64,000 nt of DNA, taken from contig CAWFFN010000012.1 in the NCBI GenBank assembly GCA_963815115.1, positions 576,001 to 640,000 of the forward strand. Direction: 5' to 3'. Origin of the DNA: an uncultured delta proteobacterium (GTDB lineage: Bacteria; Desulfobacterota; Binatia; DP-6). This document shows positions 1 through 10,356 of this stretch, in pieces (positions within the stretch are counted from its first letter, which is position 1; each line of letters starts with the position of its first letter). The position numbers were made by a program, and so were the translations under genes. The notes under the pieces are model-generated. The model made no database searches, had not been told where the DNA came from, and saw nothing but the letters and a program-made list of their open reading frames with translations.

Positions 1-914
1 TCGCGCAGCTCGACAACCCGGCGGCGATACTCGGCTCTCGCTTGCGCGTCGAGTACCTCGCCGCCGTCACCGGGCAAGGGAAGTATCCCTGCATCCGGCG
101 CAGGAGCGTCTCTCGCCACCGCGGATCCGCCGGAGGGCGTGATGGAGTCGAGCTCGCGCACGTGAATGTCCCGGCCCGGACAATGCACGAGGTGCGCCAG
201 GAGCGCGAGACCGCGAGAATGGCGCAGCAGCACGGTCGTCCCCCCATATCCGATCCGCCAGAAGTCTCCGTCCTGCTCGAGGACGGGCGACGCGGCCTCC
301 GGACTGGCCGATATGGCTTCCTCGGTTTCACCGGTCGCTTCGCGGCGTGCCGCGAGCGCTCGCTCGAGAAGCCAGCGAAATCCGGCGCCGGCCTCCTCTT
401 CGGCGGCGAGGTTGCCGCGTGCAACGCGCCTCCGCTCCAGCACGTGGGCAACCGCCACGGCGATCGGCAACAGCACCCAGCCAGCGACCGGCATGTTGCC
501 CGCGTGTGACACTGCGAGCAGGGCGGTGGCCGCGACGAGCCCGGCGATCACGGCGGGGGCCGGACGGGCGGCCTCAGTCCAGGACACGGTGTACTCGCAG
601 GCTGGCTGGTCCTCTGCCAGGCATCCTTCTTCTCGCAGCGTGGCCCGCTTGCCTCCGTGGCGCTCCACGACGCCGAGTGCCCAGGCCTGCCGCCCGAGGC
701 ACGCCGCCCGATCGCCCTTGTCGGATGAGCTGTAGCGCAGGTGTGCCCGGCCCGGACCGTGATCGACGACGACGAGGTGCCCGCTCGCCGCCCCACGCGA
801 TCGCCGCCGCGCCGCCATCCGGTACGTGACGCCGGGCGCCACCAGACGGAAGAGGAGACGCCGCCACCCATGCGCGCGCTGCCGCGCAACGTCGGCTGCA
901 ATCGCGTGACCCAT
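1..914 (-). CDS. Membrane-anchored putative transcriptional regulator (V4R-like N-terminus, 2 TM, C-terminal DNA-binding-like domain); runs off window start, absent from ORF track
   Basis: Manual translation from ATG 914 is open to base 1: MGHAIAAD...LREEGCLAEDQPACEYTVSW (V4R-like CxxxxxxxC), hydrophobic pair, then LEQDGDFWRIGYGGTTVLLRHSRGLALLAHLV...GEVLDAQARAEYRRRVVELR, typical of the C-terminal domain of AAA/LuxR-like regulators. Confidence 0.65.
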   Translation of the reverse strand, partial: MGHAIAADVARQRAHGWRRLLFRLVAPGVTYRMAARRRSRGAASGHLVVVDHGPGRAHLRYSSSDKGDRAACLGRQAWALGVVERHGGKRATLREEGCLAEDQPACEYTVSWTEAARPAPAVIAGLVAATALLAVSHAGNMPVAGWVLLPIAVAVAHVLERRRVARGNLAAEEEAGAGFRWLLERALAARREATGETEEAISASPEAASPVLEQDGDFWRIGYGGTTVLLRHSRGLALLAHLVHCPGRDIHVRELDSITPSGGSAVARDAPAPDAGILPLPGDGGEVLDAQARAEYRRRVVELR

Positions 915-1064
915 GGAACCGGACACGACCCGAAACTTAGCAGGCTTACCGTTCTCGGACCCGCCTTGTCTACCCATTGGCACGTGGAGCTGATCCGTCT
1001 AGAAGTCATCTTGTGTGTGGCGCCGGGCCGTGCGATGTTCCGCACGGTCGGCGGGAGGGTGATC

Positions 1065-2312
1065 ATGTCTGCCCCGGGGGGTGGCCGAGCGCGTCCTTGC
1101 GGCGGTCGCCGCCGGCCTCGCCGCGTGATGGGCTGCCTCACCCTGGCCTGCACTCTCCTCGGCGTGATCGCGGGATCGGCCGCCGCCAGCCAGTCGCTGT
1201 CCGACATCTTCCGCAGCCCGCGCTTCGCCCACCTGGGACTCGCACCGCTCGGCCCCGTGCTCGCGAGCACCGTCGCGTCGACGTATCCGGTGGCGTCGGC
1301 GAGCTCCAGCGTCACCTTCGTCTACAATCGCGACCTCGACACGGTCGAACGCCGCTCCGGTCCGCTCGGTCCCATCCTGGGCGAACGTGCGGAGACCATC
1401 GGCAAAGGCCAGTTCGACCTGGCGCTCACCTACTCGTTCGTCGACCTCACCACCATCGATGGAGAGCCGCTGAACCACCTCGTCAACAAACCGCTGGTCA
1501 ACGGGCGTTTCCTGTTCTTCCGGATCCCGGGCGGCACCACGCTGAAGGACGGTCGCTTCGCCACCGTGCTCCCCGTTCACGTCGCTCTCGATCTCGGCGT
1601 CGAGGCGCACATCGTCTCACCGAGCGTCACCTATGGTGTCACCCCGAACCTGGACGTGAACATCACCGTTCCCATCGTCCGCACGTCCCTCGACCTGAGT
1701 ACGCGCAGCCGCATTCCCGACCCGCGATTGCCCGCGTTCATGCTGGCGCGCGGCAATCCGCTGGCGGGCACCGACGTGCAATCGGCCTCGGGGAGCAGCG
1801 TCGGCGTGGGCGACCTCCTCCTGCGCGCCAAGTACGTCGTGCATCGCGGAGACCCCGTCGACGTGGCGGGTGGTTTTGCCCTCAGCCTGCCCAGCGGCCG
1901 CGCCGACGACTTCCAGGGCGCGGGGACGACGCGCGTCGAGCCCGGAATCATCGCGTCGCGTGTCTTCGGCGGCTGGCTCGAGCTTCTCGCCAACGCCGGC
2001 ATCGCGCTCGACGCGGAGGATGTCGGCCGGAGCGTGGTGCAGTGGGCGATCGGGGGAACGGTGATGCCGGTCGAGCAGGTGGCGGTGCCGATCGTTTTCT
2101 TCGGGCGCGATCAGCTCGGCGCTCCGGCGGAGCCGATCGCCAATCCGTTCTTCTTCCAGATCGAGCGCAGCGACATCTTCGAGGCGTCCGTCGGTATCCG
2201 ATGGCAGTTCGCGCGCGCGGCCGTGGTGTCGGCGAACGCGCTCATGCCACTGAATCGCCAGGGCCTCCAGGCATCCTTCATCCCGACGCTCGAGGTTGAG
2301 TGGACGTTCTGA
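1065..2312 (+). CDS. Putative outer-membrane beta-barrel transporter (MetA-pathway/phenol-degradation-like)
   Basis: GGAGGG upstream of ATG 1065, signal peptide, GVGDLLLRAKY and LSLPSG..DDFQGAG motifs, C-terminal EVEWTF beta-signal. Confidence 0.65.
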   Translation: MSAPGGGRARPCGGRRRPRRVMGCLTLACTLLGVIAGSAAASQSLSDIFRSPRFAHLGLAPLGPVLASTVASTYPVASASSSVTFVYNRDLDTVERRSGPLGPILGERAETIGKGQFDLALTYSFVDLTTIDGEPLNHLVNKPLVNGRFLFFRIPGGTTLKDGRFATVLPVHVALDLGVEAHIVSPSVTYGVTPNLDVNITVPIVRTSLDLSTRSRIPDPRLPAFMLARGNPLAGTDVQSASGSSVGVGDLLLRAKYVVHRGDPVDVAGGFALSLPSGRADDFQGAGTTRVEPGIIASRVFGGWLELLANAGIALDAEDVGRSVVQWAIGGTVMPVEQVAVPIVFFGRDQLGAPAEPIANPFFFQIERSDIFEASVGIRWQFARAAVVSANALMPLNRQGLQASFIPTLEVEWTF

Positions 2313-2381
2313 GCTGCGGGATCCCACCCGATTGACAGCGCGGTCGCGGGTGCGGTCTAAGCCCGCCGTCCACGAAGCGCC

Positions 2382-3986
2382 ATGCGCGGCATCCGTCTCG
2401 CCGTCCTCGTCCTGTCCCTTGCCCTCGCGGCGACCGCCCTGGCCGAGCCGCGCATCGTGAACGGCGTGTTCACCTCGCTCTATCCCTCCACGGGCGCGCT
2501 GCTGTTCGGCAACGACCCGGCCACCGCCTTCACCTACTGCTCGGGCACGCTGATCGGGTGCGACACCTTCCTGACGGCCGCCCACTGCGTATGCGATACC
2601 ACGGGCCCGGACTGTCAGTCTCTCGATCCGGCCAGCCGCATGGTCTTTCTCCAGCACGCCGGCTTCTTCCAGCTGTCGAGCATCGCCGTGCGGACGGATT
2701 TCAACTTCCCGGTGGGTGATGTCGCCGTCCTGAAGCTCGCGACTCCCGTCACGGCCATCCGGCCGTCGCCGATCGCCCAGTCGGCTCCGTCGATCGGGAC
2801 GGCGGGGACGATCGTCGGCTTCGGTCGGAGCGGCGGCGGAAACCTGGACTACGGCCTCAAGCGTGCCGCCTCGGTGACGACCGCGGGGTGCTCGTTCGGC
2901 ATCTCCAACACCACCTCGGTGTGCTGGAGCTTCACCGGCGCCGGTGGCAACACCTGCAACGCCGACTCGGGCGGCCCTCTCTTCATCGGCTCCGGCGGTG
3001 GCCTCACCGTCGCTGGCGTGACGTCGGGGGGCTCGTCGAACAGCTGCCTGCCGACGGACAACAGCTTCGACGCGAACGTCGCGCACTACGCGTCGTACAT
3101 CGCCCAGCAGGGCGGCTCGGACCTGAATCACACCACCTGCGGCGCCGGCCCGCAGGCGGGCGATCCGGGAGCGACCATCGACGCCATCGTCGGGGCGCTC
3201 TCGGTCGACGTGCCGGCGCAGCTGCAGGCCTTCAAGGTGACGGCCGGCACGCAGGAGCTGCGCATCGCGATGAATGCGGTCGACGACGGCGTCTCCGATT
3301 TCGACATGTACGTGAAGCACGGTGCTGCGCCGACGATGACCGACTTCGATTGCCGCCAGGACGGCCAGGGCCAGTTCGGGTTCTGTGACTTTCCGGCACC
3401 CGCCACGGGCATCTGGTACGTCATCGTGCAGCGATTCTCGGGGCAGGGCACCTACCAGCTGACGGCGACCATGATCGGCGGGCAACCCACTGTGTGCGGC
3501 GACGGCGTGCGCGAGGGCAGCGAGCAGTGTGACGGTGGCGACGATCTCGCCTGCCCCGGCTTCTGCGGCACCGGCTGCACCTGCAGCCCGGCGTGCAACC
3601 TGACCGACCTCACGGTGACTCGCCTGCGCGCGAGCCGCAGCCTCAGCGCGCGCCTGACGCTCGCCAACACGCACGGCACCTACGACGGCCTCGATCCGCG
3701 CAGCTCGCCGCTGACGCTGGTGCTCGACGACGGCGGGACGCCCGTTCGCATCACCATCCCCGCGAACGATCCCGGCTGGGAGAGGTCGAACCCCGCGCGC
3801 GGCTCGTACCAGTGGCGTGGGGACGGAACGCTCGCGGGCCTGCGACGCGTGACGGTCCGCGACAAGACCGCGTCCCGGGGACGCCTCGAGATGCGCTTCA
3901 CCGGGCGCGACACGCCGACGATCGACGAGACGAGCGCGCGGGTGACGCTCGTCCTCGGCGGGTTCTGCGTCGCCAGCGCGCCGTGA
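2382..3986 (+). CDS. Secreted trypsin-like (S1) serine protease with PPC domain and Cys-rich repeat
   Basis: Signal peptide; TAAHC, DVAVLKL, CNADSGGPL catalytic motifs; DFDMYVKHG..PT...FDCR PPC domain; CGDGVREGSEQCD repeat. Confidence 0.9.
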   Translation: MRGIRLAVLVLSLALAATALAEPRIVNGVFTSLYPSTGALLFGNDPATAFTYCSGTLIGCDTFLTAAHCVCDTTGPDCQSLDPASRMVFLQHAGFFQLSSIAVRTDFNFPVGDVAVLKLATPVTAIRPSPIAQSAPSIGTAGTIVGFGRSGGGNLDYGLKRAASVTTAGCSFGISNTTSVCWSFTGAGGNTCNADSGGPLFIGSGGGLTVAGVTSGGSSNSCLPTDNSFDANVAHYASYIAQQGGSDLNHTTCGAGPQAGDPGATIDAIVGALSVDVPAQLQAFKVTAGTQELRIAMNAVDDGVSDFDMYVKHGAAPTMTDFDCRQDGQGQFGFCDFPAPATGIWYVIVQRFSGQGTYQLTATMIGGQPTVCGDGVREGSEQCDGGDDLACPGFCGTGCTCSPACNLTDLTVTRLRASRSLSARLTLANTHGTYDGLDPRSSPLTLVLDDGGTPVRITIPANDPGWERSNPARGSYQWRGDGTLAGLRRVTVRDKTASRGRLEMRFTGRDTPTIDETSARVTLVLGGFCVASAP

Positions 3987-3999
3987 GCCGCCGCGGGGC

Positions 4000-4965
4000 T
4001 CAGACCAGCAGCTGCAGGAACCCCTGCTTCCGCAACGCCTCGACGAACGACTGATCGTAGGCCGTCTCCGGCGATTCACGGACCTGGTGGTCGATCGCGC
4101 GAGCGTCGTCGCCGACGAGGATGCGCCAGGCGTCGTTGCGGACGCCGTCGAGGATGATGGTCGCCGCCTGATCCGCGCTCAGCGGCGCGTTGTCGCGGAA
4201 GCCGAGCGCGAGCTGGTGCACCAGCGATCGGATCTGATCGTCGTCCAGGTCGGCGGCGGGGAAGCCGCGCTTGAGCATCTGCTCCCGCACCCGGGCGACG
4301 TCCTGCGCCGACATCTCCAGCGCCGGTTTCCCGAGCTGCTTCATGGTGTTGATCACGATCGACGTGCCGACGTGTCCCGGCATCACGACCGCGGCCTTGA
4401 CGTGCGGCGCCTCGAGACGCAGCTCGACGAGCAGCGCTTCCGTGAATCCCTTCACCGCGAACTTGGCGGTGCTGTAGGCGGAATGCGCGGTGCCGGGTCC
4501 GAGGCAGGCCCAGAAGCCGTTCACGCTGCTCGTGTTGACGATGTAGCCGTCGTCACTCGCCACCAGTAGGGGCAGAAAGGCGCGCGAGCAGTAGTAGACG
4601 CCGAACCAGCAGACCCCGAACGTCCGCTCCCACTCGGCGCGGTCGTCCAGCAGGAAGCTTGCGCCGCCCCCGATGCCGGCGTTGTTGAACAGCAGGTTGA
4701 TGTGATCGGTCTCGTGGGTCGCCTTCACGGCATCACGAAAGGCCGTCACCTGGCGTTCGTCGGAGACGTCGCAGGCATGGGTGCTGACGCGCACGCCCGA
4801 GGGTGCCCGCGCCTCGCATAGCCGTCGGGTCTCCTCCATGTTCTCGGTCGAGACGTCGCACATCGCGACGTGACAGCCCTCGGCCGCCAGCTGCTCGGCC
4901 AGGGAACGCCCCATGCCCGTTCCGCCGCCGGTGATGACGGCGATCCTGCCTCGAAAGTCCTTCAT
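4000..4965 (-). CDS. SDR family oxidoreductase
   Basis: TGGGTGMG, NNAG, YSTAK motifs. Confidence 0.92.
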   Translation of the reverse strand: MKDFRGRIAVITGGGTGMGRSLAEQLAAEGCHVAMCDVSTENMEETRRLCEARAPSGVRVSTHACDVSDERQVTAFRDAVKATHETDHINLLFNNAGIGGGASFLLDDRAEWERTFGVCWFGVYYCSRAFLPLLVASDDGYIVNTSSVNGFWACLGPGTAHSAYSTAKFAVKGFTEALLVELRLEAPHVKAAVVMPGHVGTSIVINTMKQLGKPALEMSAQDVARVREQMLKRGFPAADLDDDQIRSLVHQLALGFRDNAPLSADQAATIILDGVRNDAWRILVGDDARAIDHQVRESPETAYDQSFVEALRKQGFLQLLV

Positions 4966-5063
4966 CCGTACACGTCCCTTCGCCGCCCGGGATCCCGGCG
5001 AGGGTGACCTGGCGCGCGCGCCGGCCTCGCCGCGCCGGTCGTTCTCGAGAGTCGCTGCAGCGC

Positions 5064-5534
5064 CTACGATTTCGGCGGGATGCGGAGGACCTGACCCGGG
5101 TAGATCTTGTTCGGGTCCTTCAGCATCGGCTTGTTGGCCTCGAAGATCGCCTGGTACTTGTTGCCGTCGCCGTACTGCGCCTTGGCGATCGCCGACAGCG
5201 TATCGCCCTTCTGGACCGTGTAGAGGTTCGCCGCGGTCGCCGCCGCCGCGCCCTCGACGACGAGCTTGTCGTCGACCTTCCCGACGCCGGGCGTGTTGCC
5301 GACGGCAAGGACGATCTTCTCCTTGTCGCTGCTCGATCCCACGGTCCCGCCCACCGTCGCCACCGGATCGGCGAAGTCGACCTTCAGGTCCTTCACCGGG
5401 ATGCCGAGGATGTCGACCTGCTGCTTCAGGATGTCCGTGGTGACCGGCTTCGCGTGCGTCGCCGCGATGGCGTTGCCCGCGCCAGCGCCGAACAGATAGG
5501 CGCCGGCTTCCTTGATGAAGCTGATGAGGCCCAT
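5064..5534 (-). CDS. kbp: BON + LysM protein (Kbp/YgaU-like)
   Basis: MGLISFIKEAG N-terminus, BON domain, YTVQKGDTLSAIAK...KIYPGQVLRIP LysM. Confidence 0.88.
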   Translation of the reverse strand: MGLISFIKEAGAYLFGAGAGNAIAATHAKPVTTDILKQQVDILGIPVKDLKVDFADPVATVGGTVGSSSDKEKIVLAVGNTPGVGKVDDKLVVEGAAAATAANLYTVQKGDTLSAIAKAQYGDGNKYQAIFEANKPMLKDPNKIYPGQVLRIPPKS

Positions 5535-5641
5535 GTGTAGTCCTCCCTTCGGCGACGAGGCTACGTCAGCGCGTGCTCTCTGCCTAGCCGGGTCTGCGGG
5601 ACGCTCGAACCGCGGCGCGACGCCCCCCGTTGACGGGATGC

Positions 5642-6616
5642 ATGGAACATGCGAACGGCGACGGCGTGCACGGCGCGAGCATCTTCGCCCCCGCCGGCGC
5701 TCCGGCTGACGCGATCCGGACGCTATCGCTCCTCGTGTTGGCGATCACCGGCGTCATCTTCGTGATCGTCGGGGGGTTGCTCGTCTACTGCCTCGTTCGC
5801 TACCGACGCCGCCCGGGCGACGACGGACGCGAGCCGCCGCAGGTCTACGGCAGCAATCCGGTGGAGCTGGCGTGGACCGTCGTCCCGATCCTCATCGTCT
5901 TCGTCCTGATCACCACGGCGACGCGCACCACCTTCGAGATCCAGGCCGCCCCGCCGCCCGCGGATGCCATCCAGGTGCGCGTCGTCGGCCACCAGTGGTG
6001 GTGGGAGTTCCAGTATCCTGCGCTCGGGGTGATGACGGCGAACGAGCTGCACATCCCGGTGAGCGACCCGGCGCGGCCGACCCCGACGTACCTCACCCTC
6101 GAGTCGGCCGACGTCGCCCACAGCTTCTGGATCCCCCAGCTTTCCGGCAAGACCGACCTCATCCCGAATCGCCGTAACGTCATGTGGATGGCGCCCGCGA
6201 AGCCCGGTACCTACCTCGGGCAGTGCGCCGAGTTCTGCGGCACCCAGCACGCCAAGATGCTGCTGCGCGTGGTGGTGCATCCGGCCGACGAGTTCGCTCG
6301 CTGGGTACAGGCGCAGAGCCGGCCCGCGGCGAAGCTGCCCCAGGCCGAGGCGGGACGGCGGCTCTTCGAGACCACGGCCTGCGTCAGCTGCCACACGGTG
6401 CGCGGCACCAGTGCCGACGGCCGCTTCGGACCCGACCTGACGCATCTCATGAGCCGCGACACGCTCGGTGCGGGCGCGGCGCAGAACGACTCGACCACCC
6501 TGCGCGCGTGGGTGGAGGATCCGAGCCGGTTCAAGCCGGGGGTGCTCATGCCGGCGATGCAGCTCACGCAGCCCGAGCTCGACCAGGTGGTCTCCTACCT
6601 GGCCTCGTTGCGCTGA
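5642..6616 (+). CDS. coxB: Cytochrome c oxidase subunit II with fused cytochrome c (caa3 type)
   Basis: GHQWWWEF, DVAHSFW, CAEFCGTQHAKM CuA motif, CVSCH heme motif; start approximate. Confidence 0.95.
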   Translation: MEHANGDGVHGASIFAPAGAPADAIRTLSLLVLAITGVIFVIVGGLLVYCLVRYRRRPGDDGREPPQVYGSNPVELAWTVVPILIVFVLITTATRTTFEIQAAPPPADAIQVRVVGHQWWWEFQYPALGVMTANELHIPVSDPARPTPTYLTLESADVAHSFWIPQLSGKTDLIPNRRNVMWMAPAKPGTYLGQCAEFCGTQHAKMLLRVVVHPADEFARWVQAQSRPAAKLPQAEAGRRLFETTACVSCHTVRGTSADGRFGPDLTHLMSRDTLGAGAAQNDSTTLRAWVEDPSRFKPGVLMPAMQLTQPELDQVVSYLASLR

Positions 6617-6618
6617 CG

Positions 6619-8298
6619 ATGGGCGTCCTCGATCGAGCCGTTCCCGCTGCCGAGCCGGTCGTCGAGGGGCCGTCGCTCGCCACCCGTCTGCACGGCTGGG
6701 TGGTCACGGTCGACCACAAGCGGCTCGGGATCATGTACATCCTCAGCGGCGTCCTCTTCCTGCTCGTCGCCGGCACGATGGCGACGGTCATCCGGCTGCA
6801 GCTCGTGATCCCCAACGCCCAGCTCGTGCCTCCCCAGGTGTTCAACCGCCTGATGACCATGCACGGCACGACGATGATCTTCTTCGTCGCCGTCCCGATC
6901 CTGTTCGGCTTCGGGAACTACCTGTTCCCGCTCATGCTCGGCGCGCGCGACGTGGCCTTCCCGCGGCTCAACGCCTTCGGCTTCTGGCTCTTCCTGTTCG
7001 GCGGGCTCCTGCTCTACTTCAGCTACGTCGCCGGCGACGGCCTCTATGGCGCGGGCTCGGCGCCCGACGTCGGCTGGTTCGCCTACGCGCCCCTCACCGA
7101 GCGGCCCTTCTCCCGCGGCAGCAGCACCGACTACTGGATCCTGGGCATCGCGCTCGCCGGGATCGGGACGACCGCGACCGCCGTCAACCTCCTCGCGACG
7201 ACGGCGTCGATGCGCTGCCGGGGCATGACGCTCGGGCGCATGCCGCTCTTCGTCTGGCTGGTGCTCGTGGCCGCGGCGATGCTGCTCATCGCCCTGCCTC
7301 CGCTCACGGCGGCGCAGGTCATGCTGCTCCTCGACCGCTTCCTGGGCGCGCACTTCTTCGACACCCAGGCCGGAGGCTCGGCGGTACTCTGGCAGCACTT
7401 CTTCTGGCTCTTCGGGCATCCCGAGGTCTACATCCTCGTCCTGCCAGCGTTCGGCATCGCGTCGGAGATCATTCCGGTGTTCTCACGAAAACCGATCTTC
7501 GGTTACCCGATCATGGTTGCCGCGTCGGTTGCGATCGGCACCATCAGCATCTCGGTGTGGGCCCACCACATGTTCGCCGTCGGCATGGGTCCCGCGGCCA
7601 ACAGCTTCTTCATCACCTCGACGCTGCTGGTGGCCGTGCCGACGGGCATCAAGCTCTTCAACTGGCTCGCCACCATGTGGGGCGGGAAGATCCGCTTCGC
7701 CACCCCGATGCTCTTCTGCGTCGCCTTCCTCTTCCAGTTCCTCTGTGCCGGTCTCACCGGCGTCATGCTCGGCGTGGCGCCGTTCGACTGGCAGCTGACG
7801 GACTCGTACTTCGTGGTCGCGCACTTCCACTACGTCGTCGTCGGGGCGATCCTCTTCAACATCTTCGCCGCCGTCTACTACTGGTTCCCCAAGATCACCG
7901 GGCGCCTGATGAGCGAGCGCCTCGGCCGCTGGCATTTCTGGCTGATGGTGGTGGGCTTCAACCTCACGTTCGGTCCGCTGCACATCGCGGGCATCCTCGG
8001 CATGCCCCGGCGCATCTATACCTATGACGCCGGACGGGGCTGGGAGATCTGGAACCAGCTGGCGTCGCTCGGGGCCCTCATCCAGGCGGCCGCGGTGCTC
8101 GTGTTCGCCTGGAACGCGATCGTCTCGCTGCGGCGAGGAGCGATCGCCGGCAACGATCCGTGGGACGCCTGGACGCTCGAATGGAGCACGACGTCGCCGC
8201 CACCGGAGTACAACTTCGCTTCCCTCCCGGAGGTGCGTAGCCGCCGTCCGCTCTGGGATCTGAAGCACCCCGACGATCCGGACTGGCCATATGAGTGA
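6619..8298 (+). CDS. coxA: Cytochrome c oxidase subunit I (A1 type)
   Basis: DHKRLG, MHGTTM, GHPEVY, WAHHM, HFH, MPRR; ATG 2 nt after coxB stop. Confidence 0.97.
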   Translation: MGVLDRAVPAAEPVVEGPSLATRLHGWVVTVDHKRLGIMYILSGVLFLLVAGTMATVIRLQLVIPNAQLVPPQVFNRLMTMHGTTMIFFVAVPILFGFGNYLFPLMLGARDVAFPRLNAFGFWLFLFGGLLLYFSYVAGDGLYGAGSAPDVGWFAYAPLTERPFSRGSSTDYWILGIALAGIGTTATAVNLLATTASMRCRGMTLGRMPLFVWLVLVAAAMLLIALPPLTAAQVMLLLDRFLGAHFFDTQAGGSAVLWQHFFWLFGHPEVYILVLPAFGIASEIIPVFSRKPIFGYPIMVAASVAIGTISISVWAHHMFAVGMGPAANSFFITSTLLVAVPTGIKLFNWLATMWGGKIRFATPMLFCVAFLFQFLCAGLTGVMLGVAPFDWQLTDSYFVVAHFHYVVVGAILFNIFAAVYYWFPKITGRLMSERLGRWHFWLMVVGFNLTFGPLHIAGILGMPRRIYTYDAGRGWEIWNQLASLGALIQAAAVLVFAWNAIVSLRRGAIAGNDPWDAWTLEWSTTSPPPEYNFASLPEVRSRRPLWDLKHPDDPDWPYE

Positions 8299-8866
8299 GG
8301 AATCGGACGGCTGGACGCTGCCGTCCCGCGGGCGTGCCGGGATGGTCGGGCTCATCATCACGGAGGCGGCGTTCTTCGCGATCTTCGTCGTCGCGTACCT
8401 GTTCTACGTCGGGAAGAGCGTGAGCGGTCCCACGCCCGCCGCCGTGCTCCACACGCCCGTCCTGGCGTCGATCCTGCTGCTCTCGAGCAGCTGGACCATC
8501 GTGCTCGCCATGCGCGCCCTGCGCGCCGGCGCCACCGGCCGCTTCGCACGCTGGTGGTCTGCCACCCTCCTGCTCGGCGTGGGCTTTCTCGCGCTGACGG
8601 CGCGCGAATGGGCGCGCCTCATCGGCCACGACGGCCTCACCATCGCGACCAACCTCTTCGGCACCACCTTCTACACCCTGGTGGGCCTTCACGCGCTGCA
8701 CGTCACCCTGGGCCTGACGCTCATCGCGCTCGTGCTGGCGCTCACGCTGCGCGGGCACGTCGACGCGCGGCACGCGGAGCGGACCGAGATGCTGTCCTGG
8801 TACTGGCACTTCGTCGACGGGGTGTGGGTGATCGTGTTCCTCACGGTCTACGTGGTGGGGCGGTAG
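8291..8866 (+). CDS. coxC: Cytochrome c oxidase subunit III (short)
   Basis: FYTLVGLHALHV, YWHFVDGVW; overlaps coxA stop. Confidence 0.93.
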   Translation: MSEESDGWTLPSRGRAGMVGLIITEAAFFAIFVVAYLFYVGKSVSGPTPAAVLHTPVLASILLLSSSWTIVLAMRALRAGATGRFARWWSATLLLGVGFLALTAREWARLIGHDGLTIATNLFGTTFYTLVGLHALHVTLGLTLIALVLALTLRGHVDARHAERTEMLSWYWHFVDGVWVIVFLTVYVVGR

Positions 8867-8872
8867 GCGGCC

Positions 8873-9685
8873 ATGGCACCGGCCAGCCGCATCGAGGTCC
8901 CGGCGCCCACCGCGTGGCCGATGATCGCCGCATTCGGCATCACGCTCGTCTGCGCGGGTCTGGTGACCGATGCGCTCGTGTCCGTCGTCGGGGTCGTCGC
9001 CATGCTGGCCGGCGCGGTCGGCTGGTTCCGCGCCGTCCTGCCGGTGGAGGACTGCGAGTCGGTGGCGGTCGAGCCCGAGGTCCCGGTCGCGATCGCGCGC
9101 AGCGAGGTGACCCATCTCGAGATCGGCGAGGCGGGGCACCGCGCGCGCCTCCCGATCGAGATCTACCCCTACTCGGCGGGCGTGAAGGGCGGGATCGTCG
9201 GCGGCATCGCCATGGCGTTCCTCGCCATGCTCTACGGTGTGCTCTTCCATGGCAGCGTCTGGTACCCGATCAACCTGCTGGCGGCGGGCACGATGGCCTC
9301 GCTCGCGAGCGCCGACACGGCGGAGCTCATGCGATTCAATGCCGGCGCGCTCGTGGTCGCGGCGGTGATCCACGGCCTGGGGTCGCTGCTGGTCGGGCTG
9401 CTCTACGGCGTGCTGCTGCCGATGTTGCCGAGACGTCCGATTCTCTTCGGCGGAATCGTCGTGCCGGCGCTCTGGACGGGGCTGATCTGGGCGTCCCTCC
9501 GCATCGTGAACCCGACCCTCAACGCGCGCATCGACTGGCCGTGGTTCGTGGCCTCGCAGATCGCCTTCGGCATCGCCGCCGGGATGGTGGTCGCGCGCTC
9601 GGAGAAGATGGCCACCCTCCAGTCTGCCCCGTTCGCGGTGCGCGCGGGGATGGAGTTCCCGCGCGAGCGGGGCGGGGCATCGTGA
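8873..9685 (+). CDS. Multi-TM membrane protein in oxidase operon (subunit IV-like N-terminus)
   Basis: PTAWP N-terminal motif, about 6 hydrophobic helices, operon position. Confidence 0.7.
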   Translation: MAPASRIEVPAPTAWPMIAAFGITLVCAGLVTDALVSVVGVVAMLAGAVGWFRAVLPVEDCESVAVEPEVPVAIARSEVTHLEIGEAGHRARLPIEIYPYSAGVKGGIVGGIAMAFLAMLYGVLFHGSVWYPINLLAAGTMASLASADTAELMRFNAGALVVAAVIHGLGSLLVGLLYGVLLPMLPRRPILFGGIVVPALWTGLIWASLRIVNPTLNARIDWPWFVASQIAFGIAAGMVVARSEKMATLQSAPFAVRAGMEFPRERGGAS

Positions 9686-10356
9686 GACCTGCCGCCGCCG
9701 TGCTGCTCGCGGCCGCACTCCTGGCGGCGTGCGACCGGTTGCCCGGCCGGCCGCGCGAGGCGGACCGGCCTCTGCGCCCGCACGACGTGACCAGCTTCGC
9801 GGAGCTCTACGGAGCGAACTGCGCCGGCTGCCACGGATCGAACGGCACGCTCGGCGCGGCCGCTGCCCTCGCCAACCCCACGTACCTCGCCTGGGTGGAC
9901 GACGCGACGGTGCGGCGCGTGATCACCGAGGGCATCCCGGGCACGTCCCAGCCCGCCTTCGCCATCAGCGCGGGGGGATCGCTCACCGACGCCCAGGTCG
10001 ACGTCCTGGTGCGCGGCATGCGGACGCAGTGGCCGGCGCCGCCGCCGGCCGGCACGTTGCCGCCGTACGCGGCCGACGGCGGAGGTGACGTCGCGCGCGG
10101 CGGAGCGCTGTACGCGCAGCGCTGTGCACTCTGCCACGACCCGGGTGGCAAGGGGTCGCCGAAGGGTGGCTCCGTGGTCGATCCGGACTACCTCGCGCTG
10201 GTGAGCGACCAGGCGCTCCGCACCGCCGTGGTGGCGGGCCGACCCGACCTCGGCATGCCGGACTGGCGTGGCGCGCCCCCGTGGCCGGCGCTCGCGCCGC
10301 AGCAGGTCTCGGACCTGGTCGCATGGATGGCGTCGCATCGGAAGGGAGGAGCATGA
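9682..10356 (+). CDS. Di-heme c-type cytochrome lipoprotein
   Basis: GTGA overlap start, LAAC lipobox, CAGCH and CALCH. Confidence 0.88.
   Translation: MRPAAAVLLAAALLAACDRLPGRPREADRPLRPHDVTSFAELYGANCAGCHGSNGTLGAAAALANPTYLAWVDDATVRRVITEGIPGTSQPAFAISAGGSLTDAQVDVLVRGMRTQWPAPPPAGTLPPYAADGGGDVARGGALYAQRCALCHDPGGKGSPKGGSVVDPDYLALVSDQALRTAVVAGRPDLGMPDWRGAPPWPALAPQQVSDLVAWMASHRKGGA

Noticed and set aside
976-992. TTGGCACG as a sigma54 -24 box (also TGGCAC at 18601 and 52633)
   Set aside because: No correctly spaced TTGC -12 element
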